Assembly: GCA_039804105.1 (NCBI GenBank)
Contig: JBDRZU010000002.1
Coordinates: forward strand, 288,001-352,000
Source of the DNA: a candidate division WOR-3 bacterium
GTDB lineage: Bacteria; Hydrothermota; 32-111
Direction: 5' to 3'
Length of the DNA: 64,000 nt
Within the stretch, counting starts at the first letter, position 1. Every line of letters begins with the position of its first letter. This document shows positions 19,975-28,670 of this stretch, piece after piece. A program made the translations under genes and the position numbers. Under the pieces are notes generated by a model. The model was not told where the DNA came from and did no database searches. It saw nothing but the letters and a program-made list of their open reading frames with translations.

Positions 19975-21633
19975 TCAAACCTCAAACTCTACATACAACC
20001 TGTCGGTATCACTTATCCATTCCTTAATCAACTTTGAAGAATCAAATTCACCTTTTCTAATATATTCTCTCTTTTTAATCGTTCCTGATGGAAACACTTT
20101 TTTTATAAGATCCTCGGTTATGCTCATCTCATACTTTTTCAACTCAAGAAAATATTTTTCAATTTCAGATAATGGAGTCGTAACATAATCTAAAAGAAAA
20201 TTAAAAAGTAAATCGTTCATTTTAATACCATATTTCAAAAGTAAATTTTTATACACATTCTTTTTTATAAAAAGTGAAGTTGGTTGAATATTGTAGGAGG
20301 TGTACTTATTGAACATATCAAGGATCTCTCTATCATCGATGCTGAATTTTCTTTGGAGAGTTATGACCTTTACAACATTATTTGAAAGAATATTCTTTAT
20401 CACAGGAACATTTTCTCTTCTTTCATAGATTTTATCAAGATCATCTATCAAAACAAGATCCACCTCGCTTATAAATTTCATAACATAAAAATTGTTTGCT
20501 GCCTGTTGTATGTTATTTCTGTTTATGAAAATGACCCTTTTATCAAGCAAACTATTAAAGAGTCCATTCAATATATGCGTTTTTCCTGTTCCAGGGCTAC
20601 CGGTTATCAAAACGATTTTATCAGTGTTAACTCCATTAATTATTTCACTGATTTTGTTTATTACAGATCTGTTCGAAGAATCTATAACAAAATTATTCAG
20701 ATTCATCAGAATACTTGTTTCTTTTTCAAAGAAGGTAAAATAGTTTATCTTTTCTTTTAAAAGATCAATTTTTTCTTTCAAGATCTCCACTCGATCTGGA
20801 TCAAAAAGCATCGATTCAATCTCTTTTGCTTCATTTTTAAACTTTTTCACATTAAGAAGTCCAAACTCCTTATGCAGATCAACAAGTTTTTTAACATTCT
20901 CAGTAAACTTTTCAAACTCTTTTCTGATATACCCAATATCTTTTGAATTGATAACATTTTTAAGATGCTCGACGTTAAAACCTTTCATCTCCCACACATA
21001 TAGTTTTTCTATAAATTCCTCTTTACTTTCCTGCTCGTCGAGTTTCTCTTCAACCCCTGCCTCTTTTTTTACCTGGCTTATGAAATCAACAAAATTTATA
21101 AAATTGTTATTTGTTTTCTTTTCCTTTATTAGATTATATACTTTAAACTGTAATAAAAATTCTCTTATCCTTTCAATATTCTTTATTTCCTCAACCTTTT
21201 TTGATGATGTAATCAAAAGAAAAGTGTTCGATTTTAAACCTAAAAAAAGTTCCTCAACAAATCTTAAAAGTTCAGGATGTTTTTCGATGTGATCAAAATT
21301 TTTTACCAGAAGAATATTCGCATAGGGAAAAATATTTTTGTATTTGATTAGTGTATCAGTTTTTTTTAGTTCAAAAATTTCTTTAAAATCAAGAACAAAA
21401 AGATATAATTCCCTGAATTTTCGTGAAAGATCGAAAAAAAGTTTATCAGCGAATTCATTCCCCGATCCATCGTTAGAATAAATTATTTCAAATCTATTTG
21501 TAAGATACCCTGTCGATAATGAATAGGAATATTCAGATTTTAAAAAGGGATCATCAGGTAAATTTTCTTTTACCGACCTGATACTAAAAACTGTAAAATT
21601 TTCCTGAAATTCCTTTATATCATTTTGGTTCAT
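19975..21633 (-). CDS. DnaA/Hda-like AAA+ protein with two tandem ATPase-like modules and no DNA-binding domain IV
   Basis: C-terminal module: NFVIDSSNR, GSPGTGKTHIL, DLVLIDDL. Degenerate N-terminal module: IIYSNDGSG, NILLVKNFD, LLITSSK. Confidence 0.8.
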   Translation of the reverse strand: MNQNDIKEFQENFTVFSIRSVKENLPDDPFLKSEYSYSLSTGYLTNRFEIIYSNDGSGNEFADKLFFDLSRKFRELYLFVLDFKEIFELKKTDTLIKYKNIFPYANILLVKNFDHIEKHPELLRFVEELFLGLKSNTFLLITSSKKVEEIKNIERIREFLLQFKVYNLIKEKKTNNNFINFVDFISQVKKEAGVEEKLDEQESKEEFIEKLYVWEMKGFNVEHLKNVINSKDIGYIRKEFEKFTENVKKLVDLHKEFGLLNVKKFKNEAKEIESMLFDPDRVEILKEKIDLLKEKINYFTFFEKETSILMNLNNFVIDSSNRSVINKISEIINGVNTDKIVLITGSPGTGKTHILNGLFNSLLDKRVIFINRNNIQQAANNFYVMKFISEVDLVLIDDLDKIYERRENVPVIKNILSNNVVKVITLQRKFSIDDREILDMFNKYTSYNIQPTSLFIKKNVYKNLLLKYGIKMNDLLFNFLLDYVTTPLSEIEKYFLELKKYEMSITEDLIKKVFPSGTIKKREYIRKGEFDSSKLIKEWISDTDRLYVEFEV

Positions 21634-22235
21634 CTTTTATTTTTTTCAAATCTAGTTGTAAGATTCTTTATAACCGAAAACATCGACTCTTTAAGTGTTT
21701 CTATAACACCTATCCCCTTCGTTGCAACCGACTCAAAACTTTTCCATTCGTTTTTAAGTTGAAGAGTTGTTTTTATGGTTTCAATATCAAGAGCTGTTGG
21801 AAGATCCCTTTTATTGTATTGGATTATGAGAGGAATATTTTCTATCGATAGATTGTTCTCTTTTAGGTTTATTATAAGATTCTCAAAAGATTCTATGTTA
21901 TCTTCCATCCTATCAGCCTGTGAATCAATAACAAAAACAACTCCATCAGCACCCTGTAAAACGAGTTTTCTTGTTGAATCGTAATAAACCTGACCTGGAA
22001 CAGTATAGAGTTGGAATTTTGCATTGAAGTTACCAATTTTGCCAACATCAAAAGGTAGAAAATCAAAAAATAGAGTTCTATCCATTTCTGTTGCAAGTGA
22101 TGTCATCTCTCCCCTTTTGTCAGCAGGAATTTTACTGAATATGTATTGAAGGTTCGTTGTCTTACCTGACCTTCCTGGACCATAATAAACTATCTTACAG
22201 ATTATCTCTTTTTTTGCATAGTTTACAAGTGACAT
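21630..22235 (-). CDS. mglA: MglA-family small GTPase
   Basis: KIVYYGPGRSGKTTNL, DRTLFFDFLP, LYTVPGQV, QYNKRDL, SVATKG. ATG 22235 follows GAGG. Confidence 0.93.
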   Translation of the reverse strand: MSLVNYAKKEIICKIVYYGPGRSGKTTNLQYIFSKIPADKRGEMTSLATEMDRTLFFDFLPFDVGKIGNFNAKFQLYTVPGQVYYDSTRKLVLQGADGVVFVIDSQADRMEDNIESFENLIINLKENNLSIENIPLIIQYNKRDLPTALDIETIKTTLQLKNEWKSFESVATKGIGVIETLKESMFSVIKNLTTRFEKNKR

Positions 22236-22242
22236 AATTACC

Positions 22243-23346
22243 TCAATCACCTTTTATTGTGTTGAAAACATCAGCATCGGTCGATTCTATTCCTCTCAAT
22301 TTTAACTTGAACTCATCAACATTTGTAACCGACTGTATTGCATCCTCATAGGAAATGATTCCACTTTTGTACAATCTCATGATCGATTGATCGAATGTAT
22401 GCATCTGATACATTGAACCTTCTTCTATCGCTGTTGGTATGAGAAGTGTTTTTATTGGATCAAGAAGGTATTCTTTTATCGTTGGCGTATTTATCATAAC
22501 TTCGGTTGCTGGAACCCTTCCCTTTCCATCTATTCTTGGAAGTAATCGTAATGAAATTACTCCAACAAGGGTTGTTGCAAGAAGAACCCTTATATGTTGC
22601 TGTTGGTGTGGTGGATAGAACGATAGTATTCTATTGATCGTTTCGGATGCATTCAGAGTATGCAGGGTCGAGAGAACAAGATGTCCTGTGTCCGCTGCTT
22701 TGATCGCGACATCCATAGTATCAACATCTCTTATCTCCCCCATGAGTATTATATCAGGATCCTGTCTTAAAACATGTTTTAAAGCACTCTCGTACGAGTT
22801 CGTGTCATTACCAACTTCTCTTTGAGAGATAACAGATTTTTTATCTCTAAAAAGATACTCTATGGGATCCTCTATCGTAATGATATTTTTCGAATGGTTT
22901 TCATTTATGTATTCTATCATCGCAGCAAGTGTTGTAGATTTTCCTGAACCTGTTGTACCGGTTGTAAGAATAAGCCCCCTCGGTTTTTCTGCCATCTCTT
23001 TTAAAACTGGTGGGAGATTCAGTTCATCTATTGATTTTGCGGATATAGGTATCGTTCTCATCGCTATTGCAACACTTCCTCTTTGCAGGTAAACATTTAC
23101 TCTGAACCTTGATAAGCCAGCTACTCCTATCGCAAAATCTATCTCTTTTTTTGCAGCAAACTCTTCCTGTTGAGTTTTCGTCATTATCTTTAATGCAATA
23201 TTCTTCAACTCATCTGGGCTCATCGGTTCTTCTTTTAAAATTTGCAATTTTCCATCTATTCTTAAAATAGGTGGAGTGCCCGCTTTTAGATGAAGATCCG
23301 ATGCTCCATCCTTTACCATTTTTTCAAGCAACGCTTTCAATTCCAT
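22243..23346 (-). CDS. pilT: Type IV pilus retraction ATPase (PilT/PilU family)
   Basis: ASDLHL, GTTGSGKSTT, TIEDPIE, RQDPD, GEIRD, TGHLVLSTLHT. Confidence 0.9.
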   Translation of the reverse strand: MELKALLEKMVKDGASDLHLKAGTPPILRIDGKLQILKEEPMSPDELKNIALKIMTKTQQEEFAAKKEIDFAIGVAGLSRFRVNVYLQRGSVAIAMRTIPISAKSIDELNLPPVLKEMAEKPRGLILTTGTTGSGKSTTLAAMIEYINENHSKNIITIEDPIEYLFRDKKSVISQREVGNDTNSYESALKHVLRQDPDIILMGEIRDVDTMDVAIKAADTGHLVLSTLHTLNASETINRILSFYPPHQQQHIRVLLATTLVGVISLRLLPRIDGKGRVPATEVMINTPTIKEYLLDPIKTLLIPTAIEEGSMYQMHTFDQSIMRLYKSGIISYEDAIQSVTNVDEFKLKLRGIESTDADVFNTIKGD

Positions 23347-23358
23347 ATTCTCTCCTTA

Positions 23359-23916
23359 TTATACTCTTTCAACATATTCACCGGTTCGTGTATCTATCCT
23401 GATTCTATCTCCAACATTCAAAAAAAGTGGAACCGTAACTTTAAGTCCAGTATCACAAACAGCCGGTTTACTACCACCCGATACAGTGTTCCCTCTTACG
23501 CCTGGTTCGGTTTCTACTATCTCTAATTCCACAAAGATTGGAACTTCAATATCAATAACTCTATCTCCAACAGAAAGTAAAGTAACATCCATATTTTCTT
23601 TTAAATAAAACCTTTTCTCCTGCAATATATCCTCTGTTAAACTTATCTGTTCATATGTCTCGTTGTTCATGAAAATGTACTCTTCTCCATCTCTGTATAA
23701 AAATTGAAATGGATTCCTTTCTAGTTTTATCTCGTTCAAACTTTTTCCAGAATCAAAAGTCATATCGATAATATTGCCATTCTCAAGGTTCCTTAACTTC
23801 GTTCTTACAAAAGCTCCACCTTTACCTGGTTTCACATGTTGAAAATCAACAACAAGGTAGATCTTTCCTTCATATTCAAAAGCAAAACCTTTTCTAATAT
23901 CTGCAGTAGTAGCCAT
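23359..23916 (-). CDS. efp: Elongation factor P
   Basis: FQHVKPGKGGAFVRTKL, TEPGVRGNT, VPLF, DTRTGEYVER. Confidence 0.98.
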   Translation of the reverse strand: MATTADIRKGFAFEYEGKIYLVVDFQHVKPGKGGAFVRTKLRNLENGNIIDMTFDSGKSLNEIKLERNPFQFLYRDGEEYIFMNNETYEQISLTEDILQEKRFYLKENMDVTLLSVGDRVIDIEVPIFVELEIVETEPGVRGNTVSGGSKPAVCDTGLKVTVPLFLNVGDRIRIDTRTGEYVERV

Positions 23917-23926
23917 TAAACCTCCA

Positions 23927-25348
23927 TCATTTTTTCTTTTGGTTTATAAATTTTATCCACTCCTGAAAATTTCCATCGAAAGAAGATTTTTCTTCTTTCT
24001 TTTCTTCCGATTTGTTTTCATTATCCCGTTTTTCTTTTGTACTCTTTATCTCGTAATCCACTTCTTTTTTCTCTTCAATTTTTTCCTCAGATTCTTTTTT
24101 ATCTGTTTCTTCCATCATTGTTTTATTTTCTGTCTGTTCAACATTTTTCGTTTCAAATGTGGCATTTTCTTCAAGGTTACCAAACTTTTTTTCAAAATCA
24201 ATTTTTTCCTTTTCAGAAATATTTTCGATAGATAAGGATCTGTTAAGCTTTTCAATAAGCTCAGCTCTATTTTCTTTTTTCTCGACCTCATCACTTTTAA
24301 ACATTTCTTCATCAACCTCATTTTTTATCATAAGTTCTCTAAGGGTTCTAATCTTTTCTGCATATCTTTCCTCATCGGGATTCTGACGAAGAAGTGTCTG
24401 ATAAATATCTATAGCTTTTTCATACTTTTTCTGTTCAATATATATATTGGCCATCTCTTCGGAAAAGTATAGAAATCTTTTTGCACCACTCAACTCATAA
24501 GGAATAATCTTTTCTTCTTTTTTCTCTTCCCTTTTTATAAAAGGATCAACATCCTTTTTAACAAATTGTTCCTCATCGATTATTCCAACACTTTTGCTTT
24601 CCCTGGTTTCATCTTTATTTGTATTATCAGTGTTATTTTTCTCCTCTTTTGTAAAAATAAAAGAAGTTTTTGAATGTTCTAAAACCATTCCATTTTCTTC
24701 TTTTGTTTCAATCTCTTTAATCTTTTCCGATTTTTTCTCATCTTTCTTTTGATCTGTTTTCTCTTCCTTTTTTTCTTCCTCATCAAAACTGATGACATTT
24801 GAGGAATGTTGAATGATAAAGTCATCAACTATTTTTTTCTCTTCAAAAGCATCTTTTTGAATAACTTCTTTCTTTTCTTCCTCTTTCTTTAAAAGTTTTT
24901 CTTTTTCTTCTTTTATTCTATTTTCCTCTTCAATCTTCCCTTTAATAAACTTCAATTCCCTTTTTGCATCTTCGTTAAGAGGATCAAGGAAAAGAATCGT
25001 ATCATAAAGTTTTAAGGCCTCCTGTAGGTTTCCTTCCCTTTTCTTTATTTCTGCAAGTTCAGAGAAGGCAACTATGTTTTGAGGATCAAGCTTGATGACC
25101 TTTTCAAAATTTTTTGAAGCGTTAACAAAATCTTTTTTTTCTTTAAGAGCTTTTCCATAGAGAACAAGAGCTGAAACATTATCAACATTGTATCTTAAAC
25201 CCTCTTTTAAAACCGCAAGAGATTCATCAACCATATTTATTTTCAAATAGATATTTGCAAGTTTAATAAAAGATTTAGATTTAGGATTCTTAGAAATATC
25301 CTCAAGTAATTCTTTTATCTCTTTTTCATACATACTGTAAGAGTTCAA
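23927..25348 (-). CDS. TPR protein with long acidic low-complexity linkers
   Basis: N-terminal TPRs, E/K-rich linker, internal TPR (SEEMANIYIEQKKYEKAIDIY), C-terminal NFQEWIKFI. Likely start is TTG 25348 after GGAGG, or ATG 25333. Confidence 0.8.
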   Translation of the reverse strand: MNSYSMYEKEIKELLEDISKNPKSKSFIKLANIYLKINMVDESLAVLKEGLRYNVDNVSALVLYGKALKEKKDFVNASKNFEKVIKLDPQNIVAFSELAEIKKREGNLQEALKLYDTILFLDPLNEDAKRELKFIKGKIEEENRIKEEKEKLLKKEEEKKEVIQKDAFEEKKIVDDFIIQHSSNVISFDEEEKKEEKTDQKKDEKKSEKIKEIETKEENGMVLEHSKTSFIFTKEEKNNTDNTNKDETRESKSVGIIDEEQFVKKDVDPFIKREEKKEEKIIPYELSGAKRFLYFSEEMANIYIEQKKYEKAIDIYQTLLRQNPDEERYAEKIRTLRELMIKNEVDEEMFKSDEVEKKENRAELIEKLNRSLSIENISEKEKIDFEKKFGNLEENATFETKNVEQTENKTMMEETDKKESEEKIEEKKEVDYEIKSTKEKRDNENKSEEKKEEKSSFDGNFQEWIKFINQKKK

Positions 25349-25379
25349 AGTTCCTCCGTTGAGATTTCTTAAAATAAAA

Positions 25380-25449
25380 ATTATAATTAAAATATATAAA
25401 AGTGTCAACAACTCTTTTATATTGATTTTTGTTTATAATTTAATATAAT
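25380..25449. promoter_or_regulatory. Divergent sigma70-type promoters
   Basis: Minus strand: TTGACA(25403-25408)-N17-TATAAT(25380-25385). Plus strand: TTGATT(25422-25427)-N16-TATAAT(25444-25449), 6 nt before ATG 25456. Confidence 0.65.
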
Positions 25450-25455
25450 TTAATA

Positions 25456-25800
25456 ATGAAAAGGATCATACTCATTGAAGACGATCTTGATATAATTGAA
25501 CTTTTACTTGATATACTTTCCGAAAAGTATCAAATCTTCTATGAAACGAATGTTGAGAATTTTTTTAACCGAACCGATATAGAGACATTTGATCTTATAA
25601 TAACCGACTATCTTTTGAACAATTATTCAGCAAAGGATATAATCCAAAAATATACTCATAAAAAAATTCTCATCATTTCAGCCCTATCCATATCATCACT
25701 TGAGATTTTAAATTTTGTTGATAATAAAAGGGTATTCTATTTACAAAAACCTTTCGTTATCGATACTCTTATTTCAACAGTTGATAGTATCATCACCTGA
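25456..25800 (+). CDS. Single-domain response regulator (REC)
   Basis: IILIEDD, LIITDY (phospho-acceptor Asp), ISA, LQKPF. Confidence 0.88.
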   Translation: MKRIILIEDDLDIIELLLDILSEKYQIFYETNVENFFNRTDIETFDLIITDYLLNNYSAKDIIQKYTHKKILIISALSISSLEILNFVDNKRVFYLQKPFVIDTLISTVDSIIT

Positions 25801-26428
25801 ATTTTTTTAAACTCTCTAAAGTTTCAAAATACTCTTCACCTTTTAACATACTTTTAAAGTGGTCAACGGATAAAAAGAAATAAATTAACGCAAAAATTAT
25901 AGCCATTCCAACATATATTGTAGAGTATTTTTGAAGATAAAGGATCAAAGGAAAGAGTGAAAAAAGTATTAAACCCAAAAGAGCAGGTCTTTTTAACACA
26001 GGTGTTAAAATCAAAAAGATGAAAAGGTATGAAATCAAAATCTCTGGAAATAAAGCAAGAAGAACACCCAACGTTGTTGCAAGCCCTTTTCCTCCTTTAA
26101 AGTTTAAAAATATGGGAAAAATGTGTCCCATAACAGATATTATTCCTGCAAATATTAACAGGAGATCTTTCTGTGAAAAATTTTCCGGAAGAATTCTTTT
26201 TACAACGATAACAGATAGAGCACCCTTTGAAATATCAAAGATTAAAGTTAAAATACCTATAAAAGCGCCTCCCTCGATTAAAACATTCGTTGCTCCAATA
26301 TTCTTTCTTTTTCCTTCTTTTCTTATATCTTTTCCCGTTTTCAGTTTATAGAATATGTATCCGGAAGGGAAAGAACCAAATAGGTAAGAAAAAAGCAAAA
26401 TTGTAACAAGGTATAGATACACATGCAT
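25793..26428 (-). CDS. plsY: Glycerol-3-phosphate acyltransferase PlsY
   Basis: SYLFGSFPSG, NIGATNV, DISKG, GHIFPIFLNFKGGKGLAT. Confidence 0.93.
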   Translation of the reverse strand: MHVYLYLVTILLFSYLFGSFPSGYIFYKLKTGKDIRKEGKRKNIGATNVLIEGGAFIGILTLIFDISKGALSVIVVKRILPENFSQKDLLLIFAGIISVMGHIFPIFLNFKGGKGLATTLGVLLALFPEILISYLFIFLILTPVLKRPALLGLILFSLFPLILYLQKYSTIYVGMAIIFALIYFFLSVDHFKSMLKGEEYFETLESLKKFR

Positions 26429-26442
26429 ACTTTCTCTGCTCT

Positions 26443-26472
26443 AAAAAAAGAGGGCTTTTAAAAGCCCTCTTT
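26443..26472 (-). terminator. Intrinsic terminator after pilQ
   Basis: Minus-strand hairpin AAAGAGGGCTT-TTAA-AAGCCCTCTTT followed by a T run. Confidence 0.8.
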
Positions 26473-26481
26473 ATTATCTTG

Positions 26482-28083
26482 TTATTTTATATCCCTTATT
26501 ATGTGTGGTGTTATGAAGATTAAAACTTCTTTGTTATTTTTGGTAGATATATCCCTTTTGAACAGATTACCTAAAATCGGTATCGCTCTTAAAATTGGTA
26601 TTCCACTTTCAGATCTCTGATCCTCTGTGAGAATGAAACCACCCATCACAACAGTTTCACCATCTGAAACCATTTGAACGGTTTTTGCCTGTGTCTTATT
26701 TATTATTGGCTGTCCACCTGCATCAGCGGTAACAGTTGAAAGTTCCGCTTCTATTTCAAGAGTTATATCCTCTGCTGAGTTTACATGTGGTATCACATTT
26801 AAAATTGTTCCCACAGTATATTTTGTATAGTTGACTGTTCCATCTGTGTTTATAGTTGTAAGGAAGAATTCTTTTCCACCAAGAATGTTTGCCTGAGTAT
26901 TGTTTGTAGTTGTTATCCTTGGATTTGACACAGTTTTTGACTTTCCAACAACCTCAAGTGCATCGAGTCGTGCACTCAATTGACCGAAATCTCTTGTTGT
27001 TCCTATTGTTACGGTTCCAGCTGTCATACTCGAAGGATCAACTCCCGGAATTCCTCCACCGATTGTGACCTGATTTATTCCAACATTGTTCAATGTCCAT
27101 GATATTCCAAGTTCTTTTGAATCGTTCAACTGGATCTCAACAACTTTTACAACGATTTCAACCTGGAGGTTTTTCTTATCAAGATCCTCTATAATACTCT
27201 GTATTCTGTTTTGAACATCCTGAATATCCTTAACGATTATTGAGTTTGTTCTTTCATCTATCGTTATTATACCTCTTTTCGACAGAACAGGTCTTAAAGA
27301 ATTCTGTAAAACTTTTGGATTAGCAAATTCGAGTTTATACACTGTTGTTATCAAAGGTAAGGCATCCTGCATAGCTGTTTGTTCTGAAGAGAACTCTTTG
27401 TATGTTCCAACCCTTATCATGTTTGGATATTCTTGATAGGTCAGCCCCGCTAACCTTGTTACCATATCGAAAATATCTTTCCATGGAACATCTTTTACAT
27501 GGATTGTTACTCTACCGGTCACAGAACTTGATATCACAAGGTTTACCCCAACATAATCAGCGATTCCTCTTAAAAGTGTCACAACATCAGCATTTTCGAC
27601 ATCAAGTGAAATCAAGAAATCTGAATTCTTTGTTGTAACACCACCGGATTGTTCTTTGGATGTTGGTTTGGCGGTTGATGCTTTCCATACGGGGATATCG
27701 GTATTTACATTCTTGTTCAGTTGAATAACGATATCGTTGCCTTTATATTCCTTTGAATACGCATACTTATCATCTGTTTCAATCATCACTCTTAAAAAGT
27801 TTGTTTCATAGTCCTTTATGATCTCAAACGAAATAATCCCTGAACCATTGTTAACCTTATAGTATCCTCCATTTAACCCATTGTCTATACCTATAAGATC
27901 GATAACTATCATGTTTGGTGAAGTTATCGAAAAATCTGTAAAATTTGCAACTTTATCAAGTGAAAATCTTATCTCCGTTTTGCCATTTACGGTGTTAACA
28001 GTTATATCGTTGAGAAGCCCAAGAGAAAAAACCGAGATTGAGAGAAGAAATACAAAGGACAAAATAAAAATTCTCTTTATCAT
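26482..28083 (-). CDS. pilQ: Type IV pilus secretin PilQ
   Basis: Signal peptide, AMIN-like domain, ISLDVENAD, DERTNSIIVKD, DGETVVMGG, IPILGNLFK, LIFITPHI. Confidence 0.93.
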   Translation of the reverse strand: MIKRIFILSFVFLLSISVFSLGLLNDITVNTVNGKTEIRFSLDKVANFTDFSITSPNMIVIDLIGIDNGLNGGYYKVNNGSGIISFEIIKDYETNFLRVMIETDDKYAYSKEYKGNDIVIQLNKNVNTDIPVWKASTAKPTSKEQSGGVTTKNSDFLISLDVENADVVTLLRGIADYVGVNLVISSSVTGRVTIHVKDVPWKDIFDMVTRLAGLTYQEYPNMIRVGTYKEFSSEQTAMQDALPLITTVYKLEFANPKVLQNSLRPVLSKRGIITIDERTNSIIVKDIQDVQNRIQSIIEDLDKKNLQVEIVVKVVEIQLNDSKELGISWTLNNVGINQVTIGGGIPGVDPSSMTAGTVTIGTTRDFGQLSARLDALEVVGKSKTVSNPRITTTNNTQANILGGKEFFLTTINTDGTVNYTKYTVGTILNVIPHVNSAEDITLEIEAELSTVTADAGGQPIINKTQAKTVQMVSDGETVVMGGFILTEDQRSESGIPILRAIPILGNLFKRDISTKNNKEVLIFITPHIIRDIK

Positions 28084-28091
28084 TTATTACC

Positions 28092-28670
28092 TCACTTTTT
28101 TTTCTTTGTATCAACAGTTTTAACCAATTTGATCACTTTATTTCTAACGACTCCATATTCATCCAACTTAAAGATTACGGAGTCCTGTTCTATTTTCAAA
28201 AGAATACCATTTTTTATCCTCTGTCCCTCATAAAATATGAACCCAAGCCCAGAAGCATCTTTCAGTAAGGCAAGTTTTCCATTCTTTCCTTTTATCATTC
28301 CAAAATACATTGCACTCTCGATATCGATCTGTACTTTTCCATCTCTCTGTTGTTCAAGTATCGAAACGAAAGGATCATTTTTTGTTTTCGTTTTGAAAGT
28401 ATATGTTTCAACAGTAAAAGGAAGTACTGATGTTGTATCGTAAGGCAAAGAATCTGAATTTTGTTCCTCAACACCCGTTGTTGTAACATTCGTATCTGAT
28501 GTTGAAGCAATATTCTCTGCTGTTTTCACATTCTTTTTAGAAGTCAAAGCGTTTGATGATTTTTCAATCGCTGAATTCACAGGATTGCCTCTTGAACAGG
28601 AGAACATGAGAAATATAACCATTACTATTGAAAAAAGAAGGGTTGATTTACTATTTTTTCTTTTTAACAT
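28092..28670 (-). CDS. pilP: PilP-like lipoprotein
   Basis: Lipobox MFSC, NDPF motif, ALLKDASG. Lies between pilO and pilQ. Confidence 0.7.
   Translation of the reverse strand: MLKRKNSKSTLLFSIVMVIFLMFSCSRGNPVNSAIEKSSNALTSKKNVKTAENIASTSDTNVTTTGVEEQNSDSLPYDTTSVLPFTVETYTFKTKTKNDPFVSILEQQRDGKVQIDIESAMYFGMIKGKNGKLALLKDASGLGFIFYEGQRIKNGILLKIEQDSVIFKLDEYGVVRNKVIKLVKTVDTKKKK

Noticed and set aside
19975..21633. Calling this gene dnaA
   Set aside because: No domain I or DNA-binding domain IV, and the key arginines appear absent.
23939..24960. Repeat-like TTC/TTT-rich DNA as a tandem repeat or CRISPR
   Set aside because: Explained by Glu/Lys codons of the low-complexity protein; there is no fixed repeat-spacer period.
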